64,000 nucleotides of DNA from Alphaproteobacteria bacterium. GTDB taxonomy: Bacteria; Pseudomonadota; Alphaproteobacteria; UBA828. How positions within the stretch are numbered: the first letter of the stretch is position 1; each line of letters opens with the position of its first letter. Both the position numbers and the translations under genes were made by a program. A model generated the notes under the pieces. The model searched no databases, was not told the DNA's origin, and saw only the letters and a list, made by a program, of their open reading frames with translations. The DNA is taken from NCBI GenBank assembly GCA_963667785.2, contig CAXXMU010000001.1, forward strand, positions 1-64,000. Reading direction: 5' to 3'. Below are positions 63,617-64,000 of the stretch, piece by piece.

Positions 63617-64000
63617 CTACGGCCGCGTCACGTTCCAGGTCGCGTCGATCTTCGTTCCCGCCTGCGTGAGGATGACCGTCACCGGGCAGCGCTTCTCCAG
63701 GTCTTCGCGCAGCCGCGCGATCTCGCCGGCGGGCGCGCCGGTCGTGACGTTCATGGTCAGCGCGATCGCGGGGAAGGGGAGCGTCGTCGGCGTGGTGTTG
63801 CGGACCCCGTTGGTGTCGAACGAGGCGTCGAGCGACATCGAGAGCGCGTCGATCGTGATCCCCATCTCGTCGGCGATGAGGTGCGCGATGACGTTGAGGC
63901 AGGCGAGGTAGGAGGAGAGCATCGTCTCCAGCGGGGTGGCGGCGGTGTCGCTGCCGCCGCGGATCTCCGGCTCGTCGATGACCACCGTGTGCTGGCGGGC
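63617..64000 (-). CDS. OsmC family protein (5' end outside the window)
   Basis: IDEPEIRGGSD..TPLE..LAC and KRCPV two-Cys pattern. Confidence 0.88.
   Translation of the reverse strand, partial: ARQHTVVIDEPEIRGGSDTAATPLETMLSSYLACLNVIAHLIADEMGITIDALSMSLDASFDTNGVRNTTPTTLPFPAIALTMNVTTGAPAGEIARLREDLEKRCPVTVILTQAGTKIDATWNVTRP

Overview
GC-rich alphaproteobacterial chromosome (F1-only atpHAGDC operon; folK-NYN-UDG-smpB-dapA-slt block; probably Rhodospirillales-like, by inference). The left ~27 kb holds a streamlined gene cluster derived from a Mu-like (B3/RcapMu-layout) siphophage at ~2994-27244. It keeps a cI/cro switch with three visible operators, gam, gemA, a Mor-like activator, an intact large terminase, protease, capsid, neck, tail tube, a very short (256 aa) tape measure, tail tip and a ~2000 aa repeat-rich fibre. 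I see no transposase A/B, lysis genes, small terminase, portal or gpF. Two metabolic genes occupy the slot where portal/gpF normally sit. Both late operons start with the same palindromic box, putative -10 and coupled mini-ORF. Three families of short repeats lie in the cluster, each copy in frame or keeping translational coupling. Together this suggests a domesticated, GTA-like or tail-particle system rather than a decaying prophage (inference). The rest is housekeeping (27.5-42.8 kb) and organic-nitrogen/detox catabolism (42.8-64 kb). I found no rRNA, tRNA, CRISPR or transposase. Product calls come from motif recognition, not database searches.
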